NCBI GenBank assembly: GCA_034666725.1
Contig: JAXDLE010000169.1
Span: 1-46,201, forward strand
Direction of reading: 5' to 3'
Length of the DNA: 46,201 nucleotides
Origin: Chloroflexota bacterium
GTDB taxonomy: Bacteria > Chloroflexota > Limnocylindria > Limnocylindrales > CSP1-4
Shown here one piece after another: positions 38,826-46,201 of the stretch (position 1 is its first letter; each line of letters starts with the position of its first letter). The position numbers and the translations under genes are program-made. Under the pieces are notes generated by a model. It saw only the letters and a program-made list of their open reading frames with translations. It had not been told where the DNA came from and ran no database searches.

Positions 38826-39170
38826 ATGCCACGGTACGACTACATCTGCGAGAACGGGCACATCGTCGAAGTGATGCACGGAGTTAACGACTCTGGGCCC
38901 GCCAAATGTGAGCGCTGTGGCACGGGGATGCGCAAACTGCTGTCGACACCGGCGATAGTGTTCAAGGGCTCGGGCTGGGCCAAGAACGACCGTTCGAGCA
39001 AGCCCACCACCAAGGACAAGCCGGCCACCGACAGTGAGGCAAAGCCAAGCACAGACACCGATGGCCAATCAACCAGATCAGACACCGACACCAAGCCAAG
39101 CGCCGACACCAAGTCAGGTACCGATAGCAAGTCAGGTACCGACAGCGCCGCCTCCGACCGCAAGCCCTGA
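38826..39170 (+). CDS. FmdB-family zinc-ribbon regulatory protein
   Basis: MPRYDYICENGH..CERCG..AIVFKGSGW plus a low-complexity S/T/D/K tail. Confidence 0.9.
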   Translation: MPRYDYICENGHIVEVMHGVNDSGPAKCERCGTGMRKLLSTPAIVFKGSGWAKNDRSSKPTTKDKPATDSEAKPSTDTDGQSTRSDTDTKPSADTKSGTDSKSGTDSAASDRKP

Positions 39171-40062
39171 GCCCACGGCGACGCTCAAGGCGTCGCAGAT
39201 CGATCGGCTGCGCTCGCGCGTCGATGCTCTGACCCAGCGGGTCACCGGCAACCCCTACGTGGCCTTTTTGCTGGCGATCATGGAGATCGCCAACGAAGCC
39301 GGCGCCTCGTTGTTCGCAGCGGCCCTCGCGTTCGGCACGCTGTTTGCGGTCATTCCGCTGCTGCTGCTGATGTCCGGCGTCATCGGCTGGCTGGTCGACG
39401 ACCCGCTCCAGCGCCAGGTGCTCGTCGATCAGCTGGTCGGCGTCTTCCCGCCGCTCGCGGGCGCCTTCGCGTCATCCCTCGAGGGCGCGGTCGAGCAGCG
39501 CGGCGCCCTGTCGATCATTGGCGTCGTCGGTTTGCTCTGGGGCGCCAGCGCCTACTACGGCGGCCTCGATGAGGTGATGCGCCGACTGTTCTCGGGCGGC
39601 GGCGTGCGCGGCGAGGTTTCGCGCCGGCTGCGTGGCGGGATCACGATCCTCGTGCTGGTGACGCTGATCATCGGCACGGTCTCTCTCAGCGGTGTCTGGG
39701 TCGCGCTCGATCAGCTGGCAGGCGGCCTCATCTTCTGGCGCTACCTGGCGCCCGCGCTAACCCTCGCGGTGATGGTGCTGATCGTGCTGTCGGTCTATCG
39801 CCTCGTGCCGACAGCCCCGCCGAGTGTGCGCGCGGCTCTGCCGCCGGCCATCATCGCGGGACTCGCCATCGGCCTCTTGACCGATCTATTCAGCCTGCTT
39901 GCGCCGCTGCTCATCGGCGGCATGTCGGGCTTCGGCGTTATCGCCACCGTGTTTGGCGCCCTGATCTGGCTGAATCTCAGCTATCAGATCCTGCTGTTCG
40001 GCGCCGCGTGGGCGCGCGTTCGGCGCGACCGCTCTCGGCCGGTACCGTCAGCCGGTGACTAG
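39061..40062 (+). CDS. YihY/virulence factor BrkB family membrane protein (start uncertain)
   Basis: AAALAFGTLFAVIPLLL, LLWGAS, YRLVP, LIWLNLSYQILLFGA. Confidence 0.88.
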   Translation: MANQPDQTPTPSQAPTPSQVPIASQVPTAPPPTASPEPTATLKASQIDRLRSRVDALTQRVTGNPYVAFLLAIMEIANEAGASLFAAALAFGTLFAVIPLLLLMSGVIGWLVDDPLQRQVLVDQLVGVFPPLAGAFASSLEGAVEQRGALSIIGVVGLLWGASAYYGGLDEVMRRLFSGGGVRGEVSRRLRGGITILVLVTLIIGTVSLSGVWVALDQLAGGLIFWRYLAPALTLAVMVLIVLSVYRLVPTAPPSVRAALPPAIIAGLAIGLLTDLFSLLAPLLIGGMSGFGVIATVFGALIWLNLSYQILLFGAAWARVRRDRSRPVPSAGD

Positions 40063-41057
40063 TGCGCCTGGGCGCTGCCGCAGCGGCGGCAGAAGTGCGC
40101 CCGCGCCGATAGCGTCAGGCGGCAATTGGGACACGGCCGCAGGCCGGCGGCGATGGCGTGCGCCGGCAACTCGGGCTGCCGCGGGGCAAGGAGCAGATGC
40201 GCCTCATACGCGGGCGCACTGGTGTGGGACGACGCTGCGACGCTGACCTGTGCGTTGAAGGCGATCTGCGCCGGGACCTGGTAAGCGGGGAGCGGCGGCA
40301 GCGGGATCGCGGGCGCACCAGCCGGTCGCGGGGGCGGTAGGGGCAATACGGGCATGCGCACAGGCGCTGGCTTCTCGACCGGCAGCTCGGGCTCGGGCTC
40401 GGGCTCGGCAACGACAACCGGCTCCGGTTCGAGCTCTGCAACGAAGACCGGCTCCGGTTCGGGCTCGGCAACCAAGACCGGCTCCGGTTCGGACTCGGCA
40501 ACGAAGATCGGCTCAGGCTCCGGTTCGGCGACCAAGACCGGCTCGGGCTGGGAGTCGACCTCAGCGACGAACACTGGGTCCGGATCGAGAATTTCGATCG
40601 GCTCGGGCTCGGGCTCGGGTTCGGCCAGGACGACGGGTTCTGCAAGGACGACTGGTTCGGCAAGGACGACTGGTTCGCGCTCAGGCAGCGTGACGTAGGC
40701 GGGCTCGGGCAGTGGCGGGTAGAAGGCCGGTGGGGGAATGCTCGGCGCGGCGAACGGCGGCAGATCCGCGGCGACAGGCAGTGGCGCCGGCTCGGGCAGG
40801 GCTTCGACCACGGGCTCTGGCAGCGGCGCGCACGTCTGGCATGCACCCTCGGCGTTGTTCCAGCACGTCGGACACGAGTAGCCGCGGCAGTTCAGGCATA
40901 GCCGCAGCCAGTCCTCGGTCGGTGTCGGCTGGTTCTCGGTGATGCCGACGGCATCCAGAACGCGCCTGGCCAGGATCCCGGCCGAGCGCTGCCCAGTCGC
41001 GTCGGGCTTGGGCTGCGACGTGCCGCAGCGCTCACAGAAAACGTCCACCCCCTGCAT
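40059..41057 (-). CDS. Hypothetical multi-zinc-ribbon protein with Pro/Glu-rich repeat linker
   Basis: CERC, CLNC-CPTC-C.TC cluster, EPEP repeats, C-terminal CPNC..FCRRCG. Confidence 0.8.
   Translation of the reverse strand: MQGVDVFCERCGTSQPKPDATGQRSAGILARRVLDAVGITENQPTPTEDWLRLCLNCRGYSCPTCWNNAEGACQTCAPLPEPVVEALPEPAPLPVAADLPPFAAPSIPPPAFYPPLPEPAYVTLPEREPVVLAEPVVLAEPVVLAEPEPEPEPIEILDPDPVFVAEVDSQPEPVLVAEPEPEPIFVAESEPEPVLVAEPEPEPVFVAELEPEPVVVAEPEPEPELPVEKPAPVRMPVLPLPPPRPAGAPAIPLPPLPAYQVPAQIAFNAQVSVAASSHTSAPAYEAHLLLAPRQPELPAHAIAAGLRPCPNCRLTLSARAHFCRRCGSAQAH
40385..40680 (-). repeat. Intragenic tandem repeats (30-nt EPEPVxVAEP units; 18-nt EPVVLA units)
   Basis: Directly visible, e.g. GGCTCCGGTTCGGGCTCGGCAACCAAGACC-like units. 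Confidence 0.85.
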
Positions 41058-41173
41058 AGGTATGAGGATCGCGCACAAAGGTCCCCACCGGTACTTAACG
41101 TTCAGTACCGTACCGAGCCCACATATGGTCCCAGCCGGCCGGGCAAAGTGGCCCTGCTAGACTCGGCCACCTG

Positions 41174-41980
41174 ATGGCAGGCCCCTTGACCGCTGTAGAG
41201 CGGTTCTTCGAGCGCCTGTTCGAGCGACCCGCGGCGCGACTTTTCCAGGAGCCGGTCGAGCGCGTCCAGATCCAGCGCGGCATCGAACGCGCCATGGAGT
41301 CCGAACGTGTCGTACGCGAGCGGCGCGCCTTTGTGCCGTCGCACTACCGCGTGCTGCTGAACGCCGCCGATGCGGCCGCGCTCGATGGTGACATGGCCGC
41401 GCTGACAAGCGATCTGGCCGAGAGTGTGCGGATCTATGCGCGCGCCCATCAGTACGTGCTCGAGGCGCGGCCGTCGGTCGAGGTGATCGGCTCGAACGCG
41501 GTAACGACCGGCGACGTGCGCGTATACGCCGATCGGGCGCCGGCGCCTACGCTGAAGGCACCGACGCTTCCGCCGGGGCCAATGACGTCCCCCGCTGCCG
41601 ACTCAGACGATGGCCCCGATGTAGATAGCGATCCGGCGATAGCCCCCGGCGCCACTGCGGTGTTTGCCGCTCCGCGGCCGAACTCGCCGCGCGCACAGCT
41701 CGCCGTGCGCACGCCTGGTCAGCCGGTATCGCGTCTCAACGTAAGGCCGGGCACGATCCGGTTGGGGCGCGCCCTCGACAACGAGATCGTGCTCTCGGAC
41801 GACAAGGTGTCACGCCATCACGGACAGATCGGCATCCGCCTGGGCATGCTCGTGTACACCGATCTCAACAGCACCAACGGCTCGTACCTGAACGGTGCCC
41901 ATGTGACTGAGATCGCGCTCGGCCCGGGCGACGTGCTCCAGATCGGCAGCTCGACGGTCACGATCGAGCCGGCACCTTAG
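41174..41980 (+). CDS. FhaA-like DUF3662 + FHA domain protein
   Basis: VERFFERLFE...VPSHYRVLLN..D; FHA GRALDNEIVLSDDKVSRHH..DLNSTNGS. Confidence 0.9.
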   Translation: MAGPLTAVERFFERLFERPAARLFQEPVERVQIQRGIERAMESERVVRERRAFVPSHYRVLLNAADAAALDGDMAALTSDLAESVRIYARAHQYVLEARPSVEVIGSNAVTTGDVRVYADRAPAPTLKAPTLPPGPMTSPAADSDDGPDVDSDPAIAPGATAVFAAPRPNSPRAQLAVRTPGQPVSRLNVRPGTIRLGRALDNEIVLSDDKVSRHHGQIGIRLGMLVYTDLNSTNGSYLNGAHVTEIALGPGDVLQIGSSTVTIEPAP

Positions 41981-42080
41981 ACTTCCAACTAAGGAGGACG
42001 TGACCACACTCATTGAGTGGGGTCACCGACGACGCGCAGCAGTGCGCGTGAGCGCTACTGCGGAGGCAGAACACTCCCGG

Positions 42081-42521
42081 ATGGACGTCTTTACCCTCAG
42101 CCTCTGGGCGCTGCGCCTGGGCTTCGTGCTGCTGATCTACGTGTTCTTCTTCTTTGTCGCGCGCGCCCTGTGGCGCGACCTGCGCGTGGGCGTGGCCGGT
42201 GCGGGCCGACCATTGGCGCGCCTGCTCGTGGTGGGCTCGCCTGAAGGACGGCCCCAGGCAGGCACTTCCATTTCGCTCGACGCGGTGAACTCCATGGGCC
42301 GTGACGTCAACAACTCCATCGTGCTGGATGACTCTTTCGTGTCGTCGGAGCATGCGCTGCTCACTTTCCGCGGTCGCGCCTGGTACGTCGAGGACCGCGG
42401 CAGCACCAACGGGACGTGGCTCAACGGCCAGCGCATCGAAGGGCTCGCGCCATTGGGTTATGGCGACGAGGTCCAGGTAGGCCAGGTCCGGATGCGCCTG
42501 GAGCGCCCGCGCCAAGAATGA
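42081..42521 (+). CDS. FhaB-like membrane-anchored FHA domain protein
   Basis: N-terminal TM LRLGFVLLIYVFFF..LWRDL; GRDVNNSIVLDDSFVSSEHA..GSTNGT. Confidence 0.9.
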   Translation: MDVFTLSLWALRLGFVLLIYVFFFFVARALWRDLRVGVAGAGRPLARLLVVGSPEGRPQAGTSISLDAVNSMGRDVNNSIVLDDSFVSSEHALLTFRGRAWYVEDRGSTNGTWLNGQRIEGLAPLGYGDEVQVGQVRMRLERPRQE

Positions 42522-42579
42522 CCGGAGCAAGCGCTTTGCGCGCAGCAGCGGCCCGCGGGCCAGCTGCGGAGGAATCGGC

Positions 42580-44010
42580 GTGACACTCGCTCTTTATCGC
42601 GCTGGAATCAGGCCTCGCCCGCGCTGGCGTGAGCTGCGCCTGTTGCTGGTGGTCGGAGCGGCCCTGGTGGTGGGCTGGATCAGCCTCGAGTCTTTCCGCA
42701 GCGGCCAGATCGGGCCGGGTAACATCTCGCTGCTGGCGGTCTATCTCGGCGCGCTCGCGCTGATCCACGTCGCGTTCGTCGTCAGTGGCCGGCGCATGGA
42801 CGAGATCCTGTTCCCGACCGCCGCGCTGCTCGCGGGCATCTCGCTGCTGCTCATGAACCGGCTGCCGCAGGACCTCGTCGTGCAATCGGTCGCGGGTACG
42901 GAGCTGCCGCTCGGCCCACTGCAGCTCGTCTGGATCCTGCTGGGCTTCACGTTGCTCGCGGTGAGCGCCGTTTTCGTCCGCAGCGACGGCTGGCTGCGTC
43001 GCTACAAGTACACCTGGGCAGCGGCCGGGATCGCGCTGCTGCTGCTCGTGTTTGCCTTCGGCAGCGTCGTTGGCGGTGCCCGCCTGACGCTGCACATCGG
43101 ACCTTTCGCGGGGCAGCCATCAGAGCTGCTCAAGGTCATCCTCGTCGTGTTCCTGGCCGGCTACCTGGCCGAGAATCGGGCGCTCCTCGCATCGTCGAGC
43201 ACACGAGTCGGCACGTTCACCTTCCCGCCGCTGCCATACCTGCTGCCGATGCTCGCCATGTGGGGCCTCGCCCTGGCGATCGTGATCGTCCAGCGCGACC
43301 TGGGCGCGGCGCTCCTCTATTTTTTGGTGTTCCTCGCGCTGCTCTACGTGGCGACCCGGCGCATCTCATACGTCCTCTTCGGCATCGTGCTCTTCCTCGT
43401 CGGCGGAGCGTTGCTCTACGTGTTGTTCACCCACGTCCAGGATCGGATCGACATCTGGATCAACCCGTTCACGGATCCGCAGGGCGCCGGCTACCAGGTC
43501 ATTCGCGCGCTTTATGCCTACGGCCGCGGAGGCATTCTAGGGACGGGGCTGGGCGCCGGGTTGCCGTCGGTGGGTGACGTGCCGTCCATCCCGGCGATCC
43601 ACACCGACTTCGTCTTCGCGGCGCTCGCCGAGGAGCTGGGCATGCTCGGCGCGCTCGCGATCCTGGGCCTCTATCTCGTCATTGCTGAGCGCGGCTTCCG
43701 TATCGCCGCTGCCGCGACCGATGACTTCCGCGCACTACTCGCAACGGGACTGACCCTGGTCATCGTCGTCCAGGCAGCGATCATCGCCGGCGGCAACCTG
43801 CGCGTGCTGCCGCTGACCGGGGTGACGCTGCCCTTCATCTCGTACGGCGGCTCGTCGCTGCTGGTCAACGGCGCGGTCATAGGCCTGTTGCTCGCGCTCA
43901 GTGACCGCGGCATCGAGCACAAGGCGCCCGACGCGCGGTCGAACGTCGTGGTCCGTGCCGCTCAGCGTGCTCGCGCGGTCGGCGGCCGGATCGAGGAGGC
44001 CATCTCGTGA
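42580..44010 (+). CDS. rodA: FtsW/RodA/SpoVE (SEDS) peptidoglycan glycosyltransferase
   Basis: QPSELLK, QRDLGAA, HTDFVFAALAEELG, PLTGVTLPFISYGGSS. Confidence 0.93.
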   Translation: MTLALYRAGIRPRPRWRELRLLLVVGAALVVGWISLESFRSGQIGPGNISLLAVYLGALALIHVAFVVSGRRMDEILFPTAALLAGISLLLMNRLPQDLVVQSVAGTELPLGPLQLVWILLGFTLLAVSAVFVRSDGWLRRYKYTWAAAGIALLLLVFAFGSVVGGARLTLHIGPFAGQPSELLKVILVVFLAGYLAENRALLASSSTRVGTFTFPPLPYLLPMLAMWGLALAIVIVQRDLGAALLYFLVFLALLYVATRRISYVLFGIVLFLVGGALLYVLFTHVQDRIDIWINPFTDPQGAGYQVIRALYAYGRGGILGTGLGAGLPSVGDVPSIPAIHTDFVFAALAEELGMLGALAILGLYLVIAERGFRIAAAATDDFRALLATGLTLVIVVQAAIIAGGNLRVLPLTGVTLPFISYGGSSLLVNGAVIGLLLALSDRGIEHKAPDARSNVVVRAAQRARAVGGRIEEAIS

Positions 44011-45581
44011 GCGGGCCGCGCCTCCGATTGCAGCAGCTTCGGCTGCATCTGCGGCCGCGCCTGCCGACGCGCAGCGCGACTCCGGCGCTCCCCGCCGGCG
44101 CCCTCGCCGCTCCGCCAAGGGTTGGCCGCAGCCTGTTGTCGCTGTCCGTCGCGCTCGCGGTGGCCTACACGGCGCTCGCCGGCGGCCTTGCCTACTGGCA
44201 GGTCGTGCAGGCGCAGGCGCTGACCGCGGATCCGCTCAACCCGCTGACCCTGGCCGCGGCCCGCTCGGCGCCGCGCGGCACGATCTACGACGTCAACGGC
44301 GTGGTCCTCGCAAGCAACGTGCGCGGCCCGAACGGCGAGCGGCTGCGCCAGTACAGCTACTCCATCGCGGCGCCGGTCGTCGGCTACGCAAGCCCCATCT
44401 TCGGCACAGCGGCGCTCGAGCGCACTTATGACGCCCAGCTGACGGGGCTCGTCTCGCTCCGGCCGGGCGACGAGCTGCTGCGCAAGTTCCGCGGCCAGCC
44501 GTACGACCCGTCTGACCTGCACCTGTCGCTCGACATCGCCCTGCAGCGTGTCGCCGCTGACCTGCTGGAAGGCCAGACTGGCGCCATCGTGGCCATCGAG
44601 CCCACGAGCGGACGCGTGCTGGCCCTCGTCAGCAGTCCCACCTACAACCCCAACCGCGTTGTCGACCCGGATGAAGGCCGGCCCTACATGGCGAGCCTCC
44701 AGGCACGTGACGACTCGCCGCTGCTCGATCGCGCGACGCAGGGCCTGTACGTCCCCGGATCGGTGTTCAAGATCGTGACTTCGATCGCCGGCCTCGACTC
44801 GGGCAGCATCACCCCGGCGACAACGTATGAGAACCAGCCGACGGAGTACGAGACCGGCTACCTGGTCGATGGCTTCCGCATCCACGACTTCCCGCGCGAC
44901 GTCCAGACCGACCACCCGCTCGACTACTACGAGGCGTTGGAGGTGTCGTCCAACATCTGGTTCGCCCACGCCGGGCTCGACACCGGCGGCGCCAATCTGC
45001 AGGCATGGGCGGCGCGGCTGGGTTTCGGGGCGCGCATCCCATTCGACCTGCCCAGCTCGCCCAGCCAGGTGACCGGCGGCGGCGGCGCGCTCGACGGTTT
45101 CCGTGACCGAGTCGAGCTGGCCAATGCCGCGTACGGCCAGGCGGAGGTGCTCGTGTCGCCGCTGCAGATGGCGCTGGTCGCGGCAACGATCGCCGACAAC
45201 GGCACGCTGATGCGCCCTTCACTCGTCGACTCGCTGACCTCCAGTGACGGCAGCGTGACGACGCTCAGCCCGCAGACGTGGACTCAGGTGTGCTCGTTGG
45301 AGACGGCGCAGATCATCGGCGACGCGATGCAGCAGGCGGTCGAGGGCCAATTCGCCTTCGCCGGTGCGGCGAAAGTGCCCGGTGTGCCGACGGCCGGCAA
45401 GAGTGGCACGGCCGAGATCGGGCCGGACGCGGCGCCGCATTCCTGGTTCATCGGCTTTGCGCCGGCGGATGCGCCGCGCATCGCGGTCGCTGTCATCGTC
45501 GAGGGTGGCGGCCTGGGTTCGCAGCGCGCCGTGCCCATGGCCGGCCGCCTCATGAGCGCGTACCTGGGCGTCTCACGGTAA
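44007..45581 (+). CDS. pbpA: Class B penicillin-binding protein (PbpA-like transpeptidase)
   Basis: RGTIYD; SxxK PGSVFK, SxN SSN, KSGT; HSWFIGFAP. Confidence 0.92.
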   Translation: MSGPRLRLQQLRLHLRPRLPTRSATPALPAGALAAPPRVGRSLLSLSVALAVAYTALAGGLAYWQVVQAQALTADPLNPLTLAAARSAPRGTIYDVNGVVLASNVRGPNGERLRQYSYSIAAPVVGYASPIFGTAALERTYDAQLTGLVSLRPGDELLRKFRGQPYDPSDLHLSLDIALQRVAADLLEGQTGAIVAIEPTSGRVLALVSSPTYNPNRVVDPDEGRPYMASLQARDDSPLLDRATQGLYVPGSVFKIVTSIAGLDSGSITPATTYENQPTEYETGYLVDGFRIHDFPRDVQTDHPLDYYEALEVSSNIWFAHAGLDTGGANLQAWAARLGFGARIPFDLPSSPSQVTGGGGALDGFRDRVELANAAYGQAEVLVSPLQMALVAATIADNGTLMRPSLVDSLTSSDGSVTTLSPQTWTQVCSLETAQIIGDAMQQAVEGQFAFAGAAKVPGVPTAGKSGTAEIGPDAAPHSWFIGFAPADAPRIAVAVIVEGGGLGSQRAVPMAGRLMSAYLGVSR

Positions 45582-45702
45582 GCAGTGGGGGAACCGCTAG
45601 CCCAAGTCGGGCGTACTATCTGCCGACGCCTCTCGTGACCGGGCCCAGACGGCAGAGGGCTTGCTGCACACGTCTGTCCAGGCAGGAGGGGCCGCTCGCA
45701 CC

Positions 45703-46201
45703 ATGACGATCGCGCAGACGACCGACAAGGTCATAGCCAATGTCGAGAAGGTCATTGTCGGCAAGCATGCCGAGGTCAGCCTCGCGCTCGTCGCGCTGCT
45801 ATGCCAGGGACACCTGCTCATCGAGGACGTGCCCGGTACCGGCAAGACATCGCTCGCCAAGGCCATCGCCAAGAGTCTCGGCTGCACGTTCCGGCGTATC
45901 CAGTTCACGCCGGACTTGCTGCCATCGGACGTGACCGGCCTGTCGATCTTCAACCAGAAGACGCAGGAGTTCGAGTTCCGCCCAGGGCCGATCATGGCCC
46001 AGATCGTGCTCGCCGACGAGATCAACCGCGCGACGCCCAAGACCCAGTCGTCGCTGCTCGAGTGCATGGAAGAGCGCCAGGCCACGGTGGACGGGACGAC
46101 GTACCTGATGCCCGACCCGTTCCTGGTGATTGCCACCCAGAACCCGATCGAGTACGAGGGCACCTTCGCGCTGCCCGAGGCGCAGCTCGATCGATTCATG
46201 C
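45703..46201 (+). CDS. MoxR-family AAA+ ATPase (3' truncated; not in ORF track)
   Basis: GGAGG SD; [51 protein letters not shown]. Confidence 0.95.
   Translation, partial: MTIAQTTDKVIANVEKVIVGKHAEVSLALVALLCQGHLLIEDVPGTGKTSLAKAIAKSLGCTFRRIQFTPDLLPSDVTGLSIFNQKTQEFEFRPGPIMAQIVLADEINRATPKTQSSLLECMEERQATVDGTTYLMPDPFLVIATQNPIEYEGTFALPEAQLDRFM

Noticed and set aside
40385-40680. Tandem repeats as a possible CRISPR array
   Set aside because: Degenerate codon-phased repeats without unique spacers; they encode EP-rich protein, and no cas genes are present.
45597-46199. 200-aa minus-strand ORF in the track
   Set aside because: The real gene is the plus-strand MoxR ATPase running off the window end.

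Overview
High-GC bacterial chromosomal window of about 46 kb, densely coding. The lineage is probably Chloroflexota; this is an inference from the co-occurrence of a T-box, a CIRCE operator, an alpha2-type GlyRS and an Actinobacteria-like fhaA-fhaB-rodA-pbpA cluster. Most content is housekeeping: glyQS, ppdK, fpr, class II aldolase, mrp, cinA, an orphan groL with CIRCE, tRNA-Leu(TAG), tig-clpP-clpX, T-box-valS, fhaA/fhaB/rodA/pbpA and a partial moxR. Accessory items include arsR/arsM, an NRAMP-like transporter paired with an MgtE-N/CBS protein, and a MoaD-like protein paired with a BNR propeller. The best candidate for an undescribed system is 900-5989. There, two paralogous Cys-containing secreted proteins bracket an operon of a PQQ/NHL double-propeller lipoprotein, an ECF sigma factor and an anti-sigma-like membrane protein whose external domain is an ABC-type solute-binding domain. 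Other notable items are a structured SD-sequestering leader on a zinc-ribbon gene, an unannotated 20-aa membrane peptide, repeated leaderless-type promoters and a possible dual-frame repeat overlap. I saw no CRISPR array, integrase or transposase. All calls are from reading the sequence; no database searches were run.
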